Part shown: piece after piece, positions 27,059 to 36,250 of the stretch | How positions within the stretch are numbered: the stretch's first letter is position 1 | Layout: each line of letters opens with the position of its first letter | NCBI GenBank assembly: GCA_019636275.1 | Contig: JAHBXY010000023.1 | Location: 1,509 to 65,508 of the forward strand | DNA length: 64,000 bases | Reading direction: 5' to 3' | Origin: Planctomycetota bacterium | GTDB lineage: Bacteria > Planctomycetota > J058 | Program-made: the position numbers and the translations under genes | Notes under the pieces: model-generated | Databases searched by the model: none | Told to the model about the DNA's origin: nothing | The model's input: only the letters and a program-made list of their open reading frames with translations

Positions 27059-27805
27059 TCACCGCGCGACCACCGCCGCCGTCACGGCGCCCGCCCCCGC
27101 CGCCGCCAGCGCCGCGGCTGCCGCCCGGAGCGTCGCGCCGCTGGTGCGGATGTCGTCGACGAGCAGCACCGGCCGCCCGCCGAGGGCGCGCCGGGCGCGG
27201 AAGGCGCCGGCGACCACGGCGTCGCGCGCCTCGCGGCGCACGCCGAACAGCGGGCGGGTCCGCCGCCGCCGCGCCAGCGCCGGCACGAGCGGGCGGTCGA
27301 GGACCTCGGCCGCCGCCTCGGCGACGCGCTCCGCCTGGTTGAAGCCGCGCGCCCACCTGCGCAGCAGGTGGAGCGGCACGGGCACGACGACGAGCGCCGG
27401 GTCGAGCGGGCCGAGCGCCTCGACGACGCGCCGGCCGAGCGCGCGGCCGAGCGGCGCGCAGGCGTCGTCGCGCCCGCCGTACTTCACCCGATGGAGGAGG
27501 CGCCGCGCCGGCCCGCGGTAGCGCAGGAGCGCCACCGTCCCCGCGACCTCGCCCAGGGGGCGCCCGCGGCAGGACCGGCAGCGCGGCGCCGGGTCCGAGA
27601 ACGGCGGGCGCGGCGCGCCGCACGCCGGGCAGGCCGCCCCGATCGGCTCGACCCCGCGTCGGCAGGGCGGGCAGAGGACGAGGGCCCACTCGCGCCCGAA
27701 CGTGGCGCGGGGCGGGAGCGCCGCCAGGCAGGCGGCGCACGTCCGGGGGGCCAGGAGGGAGAGGAGGCCGGTGGCGAGGTCGCGGGCCAGGTCGAGCGCG
27801 GACAT
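27059..27805 (-). CDS. comF: ComF family double-zinc-ribbon phosphoribosyltransferase
   Basis: CAAC, CPPC, CPAC and CRSC, then KY, VPVPLH..RGFNQA and VLLVDDIRTSGATL. Confidence 0.9.
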   Translation of the reverse strand: MSALDLARDLATGLLSLLAPRTCAACLAALPPRATFGREWALVLCPPCRRGVEPIGAACPACGAPRPPFSDPAPRCRSCRGRPLGEVAGTVALLRYRGPARRLLHRVKYGGRDDACAPLGRALGRRVVEALGPLDPALVVVPVPLHLLRRWARGFNQAERVAEAAAEVLDRPLVPALARRRRTRPLFGVRREARDAVVAGAFRARRALGGRPVLLVDDIRTSGATLRAAAAALAAAGAGAVTAAVVAR

Positions 27806-27971
27806 GGGCGCCTCCCGAGCGCCCCGAGGACCCGCCTTCCTAACATGACCCGAACCATGGGATCAAGGGACCGTCCATGGGCAGTTACTGGTGGGTAACG
27901 GGTCGCCTGACCCACCTACCCCGACGTAGAGTGGCGTCTCCCGGGGGGGAGCCGAGGACCAGGAGGTCCCC

Positions 27972-28607
27972 ATGGCCGACGTCTCCCTGGTAGGTCGTCC
28001 GCTCGCCCCCTACTACCACGTGTGCGCGCTGTTCAGCGACCCGGAGGAGGAGTACTCCGTCCTCACCCCCTTCTTCCGGGAGGGGCTCGAGCGCGGGGAG
28101 CGCGTGTTCAACATCGTCGACCCCGCGCTCCGCGACGCGCACCTGCAGCGCTTCGCCTGCGCCGGCATCGACGTCGAGCGCTGCGAGCGGGAGCGGCGCC
28201 TCGACGTCCGCACGTGGCCCGAGGTGTACCTGCGCGACGGCCACTTCGACCAGGACCGGATGGTGAGCGCGGTGGACGCCGTCATCGAGGAGGGCCGCGC
28301 GCTGGGCTTCGAGCGGCATCGGCTGAGCGGGAACATGGGCTGGGCCCTGCTCGACCGCCCGGGGACCGAGCAGCTCATCGAGTACGAGGTGCGCATCAAC
28401 GAGGTCCTCGCGCGCACCCGCCAGCCGGCGGTCTGCATCTACGACATCACCCGCCTCAGCGGCGCGCTCGTCATGGACATCCTGCGCTCGCACCCGCTGA
28501 CGCTCGTCGGGGGCGTCGTGCACGAGAACCCGCTGTACGAGCCGCCGGCCCGGTTCATGGCCGAGCTCCGCGCCCGCCGCGCGGCGCGGAGCGCCGTCCC
28601 GGCGTGA
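27972..28607 (+). CDS. MEDS domain sensory protein
   Basis: HVCALF..EEY..L.PFFREGL..GE, GHFDQDRM, GNMGWAL, EYEVRIN, CIYD..DILRSHP and ENP.Y; AGGAGG RBS. Confidence 0.88.
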   Translation: MADVSLVGRPLAPYYHVCALFSDPEEEYSVLTPFFREGLERGERVFNIVDPALRDAHLQRFACAGIDVERCERERRLDVRTWPEVYLRDGHFDQDRMVSAVDAVIEEGRALGFERHRLSGNMGWALLDRPGTEQLIEYEVRINEVLARTRQPAVCIYDITRLSGALVMDILRSHPLTLVGGVVHENPLYEPPARFMAELRARRAARSAVPA

Positions 28608-30289
28608 GGGCCTCGGGCGAGGACGACGAGGGCGGGGGCGAGCCCGCGAGGTTCGCGACCGGCGCCACGGGCATCGAGACCGTGGACGCGCCGGCGCAGC
28701 TCCGCCTCCTCCTGCGCGACCTGCTGGCGCTGCTGGCGCTGCCGGCCATGTGCAACGGCCGCGGGCCGAGGGAGACCCTGACGCTCGCGCTCGACGCGCT
28801 CGAGGCGGTGTTCCCCGAGGCCTTCGTCTACGCCCGGGTGAACTGGAGCGACGAGGCGATCGAGCTCCTGCGCCGAGACGGGCACGACGAGCCCGCGGCG
28901 CTGGCCGAGGTCCGGGAGGCGCTCGCGGGCTGCCTCGACCACGGGGCGCCGACCGTCGTGTCGCTGCCGGGAGGGCCCCTGGGGGCGGTGCGCGCGGCGG
29001 TGGTGCCGCTGGCGCTGCTCGCCGAGCGGGGGGCGATCGTCGTCGGGTCGCGGCGCCTGGACTTCCCGGACCCGAACGCGATGATCCTCCTGCGCGCCGC
29101 GGCCAGCCTCGCGGCGAGCAGCCTCGGCACGGCGCGCGCGCTGGCCGAGCGAGAGCGGGCCAGCCGCGCCAAGGACGAGTTCCTGGCCATGCTCGGGCAC
29201 GAGCTGCGCAACCCGCTCGCGCCGATCGTGACCGCCATGGAGCTCCTGCGCGAGCGGGGCGACCTGGGGCAGCGCCGCGAGCTGCGGATCATCGAGCGGC
29301 AGGTGGGCCACCTGCTCCGGCTCGTCGACGACCTCCTCGACATCTCGCGCATCACCCGGGGGAAGGTCGACCTCGCGCGCCGCCCGCTCGAGGTCGCGGC
29401 GTTCGTGGCGCGCGGCATCGAGATGGCGAGCCCGCTGGTCGAGCAGCGCCGCCACCACCTGCGGGTGGAGGCGCCCGCCGGCCTGGTCGTCGACGGCGAC
29501 GAGACCCGCCTCGCGCAGGTCGTGTCGAACCTGCTGAGCAACGCGGCGAAGTACACGCCGCCGGGCGGCCACCTCGAGGTGCTCGCCGGGGCCGAGGACG
29601 GCGCGGCCGTGGTGTGCGTGAGGGACGACGGCGACGGCGTCGCGCCCGACCTGCTGCCCTGCATGTTCGACATCTTCGTCCGGGGGCGCGCCGAGCTCAG
29701 CCAGCGCGAGGGCGGGCTCGGGCTGGGGCTGACGATCGTCAAGAACCTCGTGCACCTGCACGGCGGCGAGGTGTCGGCGCGCAGCGACGGCCCCGGGGCG
29801 GGCTGCGAGGTCTCGGTGCGCCTCCCGCTGCACCGCGCGCGCGTCGCGGCCGAGCGCCGGCCCCCCGCGGCCGACGACCTGGCCCGCGCGCGCGAGGGGA
29901 GGGCGCTGCGCCTGGTGGTCGTGGACGACAACGAGGACGCCGCGCAGCTCCTCGCGGAGCTGCTGCGGCTGGCGGGGCACGACGTCACGGTCGCCCACGA
30001 CTGCGCGCGCGCGCTCGCGGCGGTGGAGGAGCGGCGCCCGGACGTCGCGATCCTCGACCTCGGGCTCCCCGTCATGGACGGGTGGGAGCTCGCGGCGCTC
30101 ATTCGCGCGCGCCTCGGCGACGCGGCGCCCGGGCTCATCGCGCTCACGGGTTACGGGCAGGAGGGCGACCGCGCGCGCAGCGCGGCGGCCGGCTTCGGCA
30201 GCCACCTCGTGAAGCCCGTGGGCGTGGCCGAGCTGTTCGAGGCGGTCGCGGCCGCAGCCCGCGCCCGTGGGGCGAAGCGCGACCCGTGA
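28604..30289 (+). CDS. Hybrid sensor histidine kinase/response regulator
   Basis: KDEFLAMLGHELRNPLAP, NLLSNAAKYT, GGLGLGL, and REC motifs VVDDNED..DLGLP..KP. GTGA-coupled to the MEDS gene. Confidence 0.92.
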   Translation: MRASGEDDEGGGEPARFATGATGIETVDAPAQLRLLLRDLLALLALPAMCNGRGPRETLTLALDALEAVFPEAFVYARVNWSDEAIELLRRDGHDEPAALAEVREALAGCLDHGAPTVVSLPGGPLGAVRAAVVPLALLAERGAIVVGSRRLDFPDPNAMILLRAAASLAASSLGTARALAERERASRAKDEFLAMLGHELRNPLAPIVTAMELLRERGDLGQRRELRIIERQVGHLLRLVDDLLDISRITRGKVDLARRPLEVAAFVARGIEMASPLVEQRRHHLRVEAPAGLVVDGDETRLAQVVSNLLSNAAKYTPPGGHLEVLAGAEDGAAVVCVRDDGDGVAPDLLPCMFDIFVRGRAELSQREGGLGLGLTIVKNLVHLHGGEVSARSDGPGAGCEVSVRLPLHRARVAAERRPPAADDLARAREGRALRLVVVDDNEDAAQLLAELLRLAGHDVTVAHDCARALAAVEERRPDVAILDLGLPVMDGWELAALIRARLGDAAPGLIALTGYGQEGDRARSAAAGFGSHLVKPVGVAELFEAVAAAARARGAKRDP

Positions 30290-30357
30290 GGCGTCGTGCC
30301 ACATGGTCTGATCGTCACCATCCGCGAGGGCGGCGGCGCGGGTAGACTCTGCGGCCC

Positions 30358-32082
30358 ATGACCGGGGCCGCCCTGGACTCGCCAGCGCACGCTTCGGCCG
30401 CGCCGCACCCCGCGGCGCACGGCCACGGGCACGGTCCGGCCGCGCGCCTCTGGGCGCTGCTGCAGCTCGAGCGGCGGATCATCGTCACGCTGCTCGGCTT
30501 CTCCATGGCCGTGGGCGTCCTCGTCCTCGCCACGCCGATCGCCGTGCAGGCGCTCGTCGACGCCGTGGCGTTCGGCGGCCTGCTGCAGCCGGTGCTCGTC
30601 CTGGCCGCGGTGCTCTTCGGCTGCCTGGCGCTCGCCGCGGCGTTCCGGGCCCTCCAGACCTACGTGGTCGAGATCCTCCAGCGCCGCCTCTTCGTCCGCG
30701 TCCTCACGACCCTGGCGCGGCGGCTGCCGCGCGTCCGCCTCGAGGTCGGCGACGACGAGTACCCCCCGGAGTTCGTGAACCGGTTCTTCGACGTGGTGAC
30801 GCTGCAGAAGGCCGGCACGCAGCTGCTCATCGACGGCTTCACGATCGTGCTCGTGACGACGATGGGCCTCCTGCTCCTGGCCTTCTACCACCCGCTCATG
30901 CTCGCGCTCGACCTCGTCCTCGTGGTCGGGATCTTCGTCGTGACCTTCGGCCTGTCGCGCGGCGGCGTGCGGACCGCGATCGACGAGTCGAAGAAGAAGT
31001 ACGAGGCCGCGGCCTGGCTCCAGGAGCTCGCCCTGCACCCGATCGCGTTCCGCGGCCCCGGCGGGCCGGCGTTCGCCGCCTCGCGGGCGGACGAGATCGC
31101 GGCCGAGTGGCTCGCGTGCCGTCGCGCGCACTTCCGCGTCCAGCTCCGGCACATCCTGGGCGCGCTGGCCCTGCAGGTCGGCGCGAGCACGCTCGTGCTG
31201 GTCCTGGGCGGCTGGCTGGTGATCGACGGCACGCTCTCGCTCGGCCAGCTCGTGGCCTCCGAGGTCGTGGTCACGATCGTCGTCGGCAAGGTGGCCAAGC
31301 TGGGCAAGTGGCTCGAGGACCTCTACGACCTGTGCGCGGCCGTGGACAAGCTCGGCCACCTGTGGGAACTCCCGCTCGAGCCCGAGGGCGACGAGGCGCC
31401 CCTGCATCACGGGCCGGCCCGGGTCGAGGTCGAGGAGGCCACCCTCGTCACGGGCGCCCGCTGCCCGCTCGACGGGGTCGACGTCACGATCGAGCCGGGC
31501 GAGCGCGTGGCCCTGATCGGCCCGCCCGGCGCGGGCAAGAGCGCGCTGCTCGAGGTGATCTACGGCGGGCACGTGCTCACCTCGGGCGTCGTGCGCGTGG
31601 ACGGCGTCGACGTGCGCGACATCGTCCCCGACGCGCACCGGGCCCGCGTGGCGCTGGTGCGCGGAGCCGAGGTCATCGCGGGCTCGATCCTCGACAACAT
31701 CCGCTTCGGCCGCGAGCACGTCGGCCGCGACGCGGCGCGCGCGGCCCTGCGCGCGGTGGGCCTGTTCGACGCCGTGAGCCGGCTCCCCGAGGGGCTCGAC
31801 CAGCGGGTCATCACCGGCGGCGCGCCGCTCTCGCCCGTGCAGGCGCGGCTGCTGACGCTGGCCCGCGCCATCGCCGGGGCGCCCTCGCTCCTGCTCCTCG
31901 ACCAGAGCTTCGACGACGTGGCCGCCCAGAACGTGTGGCCGTTCCTCGGCTGGCTCGCGGAGCAGGCGGAGGGCCCCACCCTGCTCGTCGCCACCAGCCG
32001 CCCGGAGGTCGCGGCCCTGTTCGCCCGACGGCTCGAGCTCGAGGGCGGGCGCGTCCGGCCGGCCCAGGAGGCGGCCCCGTGA
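30358..32082 (+). CDS. Type I secretion-like ABC transporter (TMD + degenerate NBD)
   Basis: TMD with TLSLGQLVASE and Walker A GPPGAGKS. The signature is altered (LSPVQ) and Walker B reads LLLLDQ. Confidence 0.85.
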   Translation: MTGAALDSPAHASAAPHPAAHGHGHGPAARLWALLQLERRIIVTLLGFSMAVGVLVLATPIAVQALVDAVAFGGLLQPVLVLAAVLFGCLALAAAFRALQTYVVEILQRRLFVRVLTTLARRLPRVRLEVGDDEYPPEFVNRFFDVVTLQKAGTQLLIDGFTIVLVTTMGLLLLAFYHPLMLALDLVLVVGIFVVTFGLSRGGVRTAIDESKKKYEAAAWLQELALHPIAFRGPGGPAFAASRADEIAAEWLACRRAHFRVQLRHILGALALQVGASTLVLVLGGWLVIDGTLSLGQLVASEVVVTIVVGKVAKLGKWLEDLYDLCAAVDKLGHLWELPLEPEGDEAPLHHGPARVEVEEATLVTGARCPLDGVDVTIEPGERVALIGPPGAGKSALLEVIYGGHVLTSGVVRVDGVDVRDIVPDAHRARVALVRGAEVIAGSILDNIRFGREHVGRDAARAALRAVGLFDAVSRLPEGLDQRVITGGAPLSPVQARLLTLARAIAGAPSLLLLDQSFDDVAAQNVWPFLGWLAEQAEGPTLLVATSRPEVAALFARRLELEGGRVRPAQEAAP

Positions 32083-33419
32083 GCGAGGCCTGGCCGAGCG
32101 ACGGCTGCGACGTGCAGGCGCTGAAGGGGCTCGAGGTCCATCGGCGCATCCGCGCCCTGGCGCGCGTCGTGTACCTCTTGCTCGCCGTCTCGCCGGCGCT
32201 GCTCCTGCTCGTGCCCTGGCAGCAGAACATCCTCGGCGAGGGGCAGGTCGTGGCGCTCTCCCCCACCGAGCGGCAGCAGCTCATCGAGGCGCCGCTCGAC
32301 GGGCGCGTCGTGCGCTGGGCGGTGCGCGAGGCGCAGCGCGTCAAGCAGGGCGACCCGCTCATCGAGCTCAACGACAACGACCCCGAGCTCATCGCCCGGC
32401 TGCGCGACCAGCGCGACGCGGTCCGCGCGCGCGCGGACGCGATCGCGCGCGAGGCCGCCGCCCACGACGCCAACGCGGCCGGCCTGGAGGCCGCGCGCGT
32501 CCTCGCCGTGCAGGCGGCCGAGGAGCGGGTGTCCATGGCGAGGAACCGGACGCTGGCGGCCGAGCAGGCGCTCGAGGCGGCCGAGGGCGCGGCGCTCACG
32601 GCCGGGCTCCACCGCGACCGGCAGGCGGCCCTCGCCGAGAAGGGGCTGGCCTCGCGGCGCACGGTGGAGCTCGCCGACCTCGACGTGGTCCGCGCGCGCA
32701 CCGAGGTGGAGCGCGCCCGCGCGGCGCTGGAGGCGGCCCGCCGCGAGGAGGCCTCGCTCGTGGCCGAGCGCGACCGGGCCGGGCTCGAGCTGGAGGCGCG
32801 CGCGGTCTCCGCCCGGGCCTCGGCCGAGAAGGCCCGCGCCGACCTCGAGGCCGCGCGGGGCGAGCTCGCCCGGGTCGCGGTCTCGCTGGCCCGGCAGGGG
32901 ACGCAGGAGGTCCTCGCCCCGCGCGACGGCACGGTCGTGCGCTTCTTCGTGGCCGGCGGCGGCGAGCTGGTCAAGGCGGGCGACCCGCTGCTCCTGTTCG
33001 TGCCCGACGCGGCCGAGCGGGCCGTCGAGCTCGTCGTCAAGGGCAACGACGCGCCGCTCATCAGCGAAGGCCGCCACGTGCGCATCCAGTTCGAGGGCTG
33101 GCCGGCCGTGCAGTTCGTGGGCTGGCCCTCCGTGGCGATCGGCACGTTCGGGGGCACGGTGGCCTTCGTCGACGCGACCGACGACGGCTCGGGCAAGTTC
33201 AGGATCCTCGTCGTGCCCGACGAGGACGAGCCCTGGCCCGAGAAGCGCTTCCTGCGCCAGGGGGTGCGCACCAAGGGCTGGGTGCTCCTCGATCAGGTGA
33301 CGCTGGGCTACGAGCTGTGGCGGCGGATCAACGGCTTCCCGCAGGCCCTGCAGAGCAGCGCGCCGAAGACCGAGGACGCGCCGAGGACGCGCAAGCGGCC
33401 GGAGGGAGAGAAGCGGTGA
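32079..33419 (+). CDS. HlyD-family membrane fusion protein
   Basis: TM then PWQQ, IEAPLDGRV..VREAQRVKQGDPL, a long coiled coil, APRDG and VRIQFEGWPAVQF.GWP. Confidence 0.9.
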   Translation: MSEAWPSDGCDVQALKGLEVHRRIRALARVVYLLLAVSPALLLLVPWQQNILGEGQVVALSPTERQQLIEAPLDGRVVRWAVREAQRVKQGDPLIELNDNDPELIARLRDQRDAVRARADAIAREAAAHDANAAGLEAARVLAVQAAEERVSMARNRTLAAEQALEAAEGAALTAGLHRDRQAALAEKGLASRRTVELADLDVVRARTEVERARAALEAARREEASLVAERDRAGLELEARAVSARASAEKARADLEAARGELARVAVSLARQGTQEVLAPRDGTVVRFFVAGGGELVKAGDPLLLFVPDAAERAVELVVKGNDAPLISEGRHVRIQFEGWPAVQFVGWPSVAIGTFGGTVAFVDATDDGSGKFRILVVPDEDEPWPEKRFLRQGVRTKGWVLLDQVTLGYELWRRINGFPQALQSSAPKTEDAPRTRKRPEGEKR

Positions 33420-34888
33420 GCCATCGGGCCCCGCCCGTCCTCCTGGCCGCCGCCCTGCTCGGCGCCTGCGCCCCGGCGCGCGACGTCGAGCCGTGGACGC
33501 CGCCGCCCGCGCCGCCCGTGACGGTCGAGGTCGCCGCGGTCTCGACGCGCAGCGGGCCCTTGCGCCTGGAGGAGGTCCTGGCGTCGGCCGACCTGCACCA
33601 CCCGATCGTGCTCGCGGCGCTCGCCGACCAGGAGGGCGCCGCGGGGCGGCTGCTCGCGGCCGAGGGCGCGTTCGACCTCGGCCTGCGCGGGGCGGCGCAG
33701 TGGGACGGGCGCGGCTTCTACGACTACCACTGGGCCAGCGCGGTGGCCGAGCAGCGCACGACGCTCTGGGGCGCGTCGGTCTTCGGCGGCTACCAGATCG
33801 GGCGCGGCCGCTTCTACCCCTCGGACACGAAGCGCGCCACCGGCGCCGCGGGCGAGCTCGTGGGCGGCGTGCGCCTGCCGCTGCTCCAGGGCGGCGCGAT
33901 CGACCCCTTCCGCGCCGGCATCGCGCAGGCGGAGCACGACCTCGACGCCGTCGGGGCCGGCGCGCAGGCCCAGCGGCTCGAGGTGTCGCGGCGCGCGGCG
34001 CACGCCTACTGGTCGTGCGTGGCGGCGACGCGGCGCCTCGACGTCGCCCGGGCGCTCCTGCGCGTGGCCGAGGCGCGCGCCGAGGCGGTGAGCGAGGCGG
34101 TCGAGCGCGGCGACGTGGCCGCGATCGAGCGCGACGAGAACGAGCGGCAAGTGGCCGTGCGGCGGGCCTTCGTGGCCCTGGCCGTGCGCGGCGTCGAGCA
34201 GGCGGCGCTGGTCCTGTCGCTCTTCGTGCGCGACGCGCGCGGGCGGCCGGTGCGGCTCGACCCGGCCTGGCTGCCGGCGGACCTGCCCGAGCCCGAGGCG
34301 GCGCCGGGCGACGACGAGCTGCCCCTGGCGATCGACCGGGCGCTCGCCCGGCGCCCCGAGCCGGCGCGGCTCGACGCCCTCGCGCGCCGGGCCGAGGTCG
34401 AGCGCGACCTCGCCAGCAACCAGGGCCTGCCGGCCCTCGACCTCACGGCGCGCGTCGAGCAGGGCCTCGGCGACGACACCCCCTTCGGCGAGCGCCGGCT
34501 CGAGGTCACCGGCGGGCTCGAGTTCTGGTTCCCGGTCCAGCGGCGCGCCGCGCGCGGCCGCGAGGCGGCGGCCCGCGCCCAGCGCGACGCGCTCGAGCGG
34601 CAGGCGCAGCTCGCGCGCGAGCAGATCGCCGTCGAGGTGCGCGACGCGGCCTCGGCCATGCACGCCGCGCGCGCCCGGCACACCGAGGCGCGCCGCGCCG
34701 AGGCCCTCGCCCGGCGCCTCGAGCAGGCCGAGCGCGACGCCTTCGCGCTCGGACAGAGCACGCTCCTCCTGGTCAACGTCCGCGAGCAGGCCACCGCCGA
34801 GTCGCAGGTGCTGGTCGTCGACGCCGCCGCCGACTACCAGCGCGCCCTGGCCGACTGGCGGGCGGCGCTGGGCCAGGTCGAGCCGTAG
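33416..34888 (+). CDS. TolC-family outer membrane efflux protein
   Basis: Lipobox LLGA|C, L.LEEVLAS...HHP, AEGAFD, LPLLQG, RRPE and F.LG.STLLLVN.RE. Confidence 0.88.
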   Translation: MSHRAPPVLLAAALLGACAPARDVEPWTPPPAPPVTVEVAAVSTRSGPLRLEEVLASADLHHPIVLAALADQEGAAGRLLAAEGAFDLGLRGAAQWDGRGFYDYHWASAVAEQRTTLWGASVFGGYQIGRGRFYPSDTKRATGAAGELVGGVRLPLLQGGAIDPFRAGIAQAEHDLDAVGAGAQAQRLEVSRRAAHAYWSCVAATRRLDVARALLRVAEARAEAVSEAVERGDVAAIERDENERQVAVRRAFVALAVRGVEQAALVLSLFVRDARGRPVRLDPAWLPADLPEPEAAPGDDELPLAIDRALARRPEPARLDALARRAEVERDLASNQGLPALDLTARVEQGLGDDTPFGERRLEVTGGLEFWFPVQRRAARGREAAARAQRDALERQAQLAREQIAVEVRDAASAMHAARARHTEARRAEALARRLEQAERDAFALGQSTLLLVNVREQATAESQVLVVDAAADYQRALADWRAALGQVEP

Positions 34889-35001
34889 CCTGGAACATGC
34901 ATGAGCGAGGCCATGCAACCGCCAAGAACGACCGACAACAGGCCTGGATCGTCGACAAGCCTTCACTCTCACGAACGTCCGCGCCGCGACACCGCCAAGC
35001 C

Positions 35002-35211
35002 GAAGAATTGAACCGCCAAGACGCCACTCGGTCGCTGGCCCGGGACCCGCTTCGCGGGTCCCGGGCCAGCGACCGAGCGCCAAGGGGGTGAGAGATGCTC
35101 CGCCATGAGCTCTTCGTTCTTACCTACTTCCTCCCGTGGCGCGCGCGCACGCGGGGACCCGCGGAGCGGGTCCCCGCGTGCGCGCGTGGCGTCTTGGCGG
35201 TTCAATTCTTC
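35002..35211. mobile_element. MITE/REP-like element copy 1 (26-bp terminal inverted repeats, two internal hairpins)
   Basis: GAAGAATTGAACCGCCAAGACGCCAC (35002-35027) is perfectly inverted at 35186-35211. Each arm carries a GGGACCCGC-TYC-GCGGGTCCC hairpin. Homologous to 42203-42394. Confidence 0.75.
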
Positions 35212-35267
35212 CTCTTCTGCCAGAGCTTTGCGGTGCTCGTGAATGATCTCGGCTAGCCAGGCCGCGC

Positions 35268-35315
35268 CGTCAAAATCAGCGACGCGCTTGACGCGACGGT
35301 GGTGATCGCTACCCT
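35268..35315 (+). promoter_or_regulatory. Operator CGTCAA-N14-TTGACG overlapping promoter TTGACG-N16-TACCCT
   Basis: CGTCAA at 35268-35273, TTGACG at 35288-35293 and TACCCT at 35310-35315. The ATG follows at 35324, so the mRNA may be leaderless. Confidence 0.6.
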
Positions 35316-35323
35316 GTTCCCCC

Positions 35324-36043
35324 ATGCCCATTCGCCGCCGCATGGCCCTCGGCTACGTGCGCGAGGCCCGAGACGCGCCGCCGCCCGACGAGCAGGAGGC
35401 GGCGCTGGCCGCCTACGCCGGCTTCAAGGGCCTCGTGCTCGTCGACACGTTCGTCGACGAGGACGTGCCCGGCGGCGTCCCGCTGGCCGCGCGGCCGGCG
35501 GGCGGCCGGCTCGTCGAGCGGCTCGAGCGCCCCGAGGGGCTGGGGGCGGCGGTGCTCTGCGTCCGCCTCGAGCACCTGTTCTCGTCGGCCACCGAGTGCG
35601 TGGCCTACACGGCCGCCTGGCACCAGGGCGGCGGCGAGCTGCACATCCTCGACCTCGACGGCAACCCGGTCTGCACGTCGACCCACGAGGGGCAGTTCAT
35701 GGTCGCGGTCCTGCAGGCGGTGCACGCCATGGAGGCCGAGCCCGGCCGCCCGCGCCACGCCCACCACGACCGCCCGCTGCTCGGCGAGCGCGTGCTTCGC
35801 GGCCACCTCGTCCCCGACCCCGACGAGATGCTCGCCGTGCGGCGCATCCAGGAGCTCTCGTCGCAGGGCAAGTCGCTCCGGCTCATCGCGCAGGCCCTCG
35901 ACGAGGAGGGCGTGCCGACGAAGCGGCGCGCCAAGGCCTGGTCGAAGGAGGCCATCCGCCTGATCATGCGGCGGATCGAGAAGGGCGAGGTGAAGTCGCT
36001 CCTCCGCCCCGACGGCGCCCAGCCCGACGGGACGCCGGTTTGA
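35324..36043 (+). CDS. Serine recombinase (resolvase)-fold protein lacking catalytic residues, with C-terminal DNA-binding domain
   Basis: Resolvase scaffold (GYVR, EQ..L, FVDEDV.G, RP.G, LHILDL.G..TST..G.FM). The nucleophile motif RVS is replaced by REA and DRLxR by EHLFS. The C-terminus reads SLR.IA..L..EGVPTKR..WS...I..I. Confidence 0.75.
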   Translation: MPIRRRMALGYVREARDAPPPDEQEAALAAYAGFKGLVLVDTFVDEDVPGGVPLAARPAGGRLVERLERPEGLGAAVLCVRLEHLFSSATECVAYTAAWHQGGGELHILDLDGNPVCTSTHEGQFMVAVLQAVHAMEAEPGRPRHAHHDRPLLGERVLRGHLVPDPDEMLAVRRIQELSSQGKSLRLIAQALDEEGVPTKRRAKAWSKEAIRLIMRRIEKGEVKSLLRPDGAQPDGTPV

Positions 36044-36073
36044 CGGCGCAACTCGTTCCGCCCCAGCACGCGT

Positions 36074-36149
36074 CGTCAAGCACGCGAATCTGCTTGACGG
36101 CCTTCGGCCGCCCGACTACCCTTCGTCAACAATGAGTGAGGTGTTGACG
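36074..36149 (+). promoter_or_regulatory. Promoter TTGACG-N17-TACCCT with two CGTCAA-N14-TTGACG operators
   Basis: Operators at 36074-36099 (CGTCAAGCA-N8-TGCTTGACG) and 36124-36149 (CGTCAACA-N10-TGTTGACG). The -35 is at 36094-36099 and the -10 at 36117-36122. Confidence 0.68.
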
Positions 36150-36250
36150 TTCGACGGGTCCGGCGGCGTTGAAGTTCCAACCTGCCCGTGGGACCCTGCT
36201 CGGCCGCGGAAGGGCGCCTGTCCGGCGGCGCGCGCGGGGGTGAGGGGTCC

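Noticed and set aside
35002-36149. Recombinase gene plus flanking repeats as an active transposon or integrative element
   Set aside because: The catalytic residues are missing, there is no transposase, cargo or GC shift, and no att or target-site duplication is visible.
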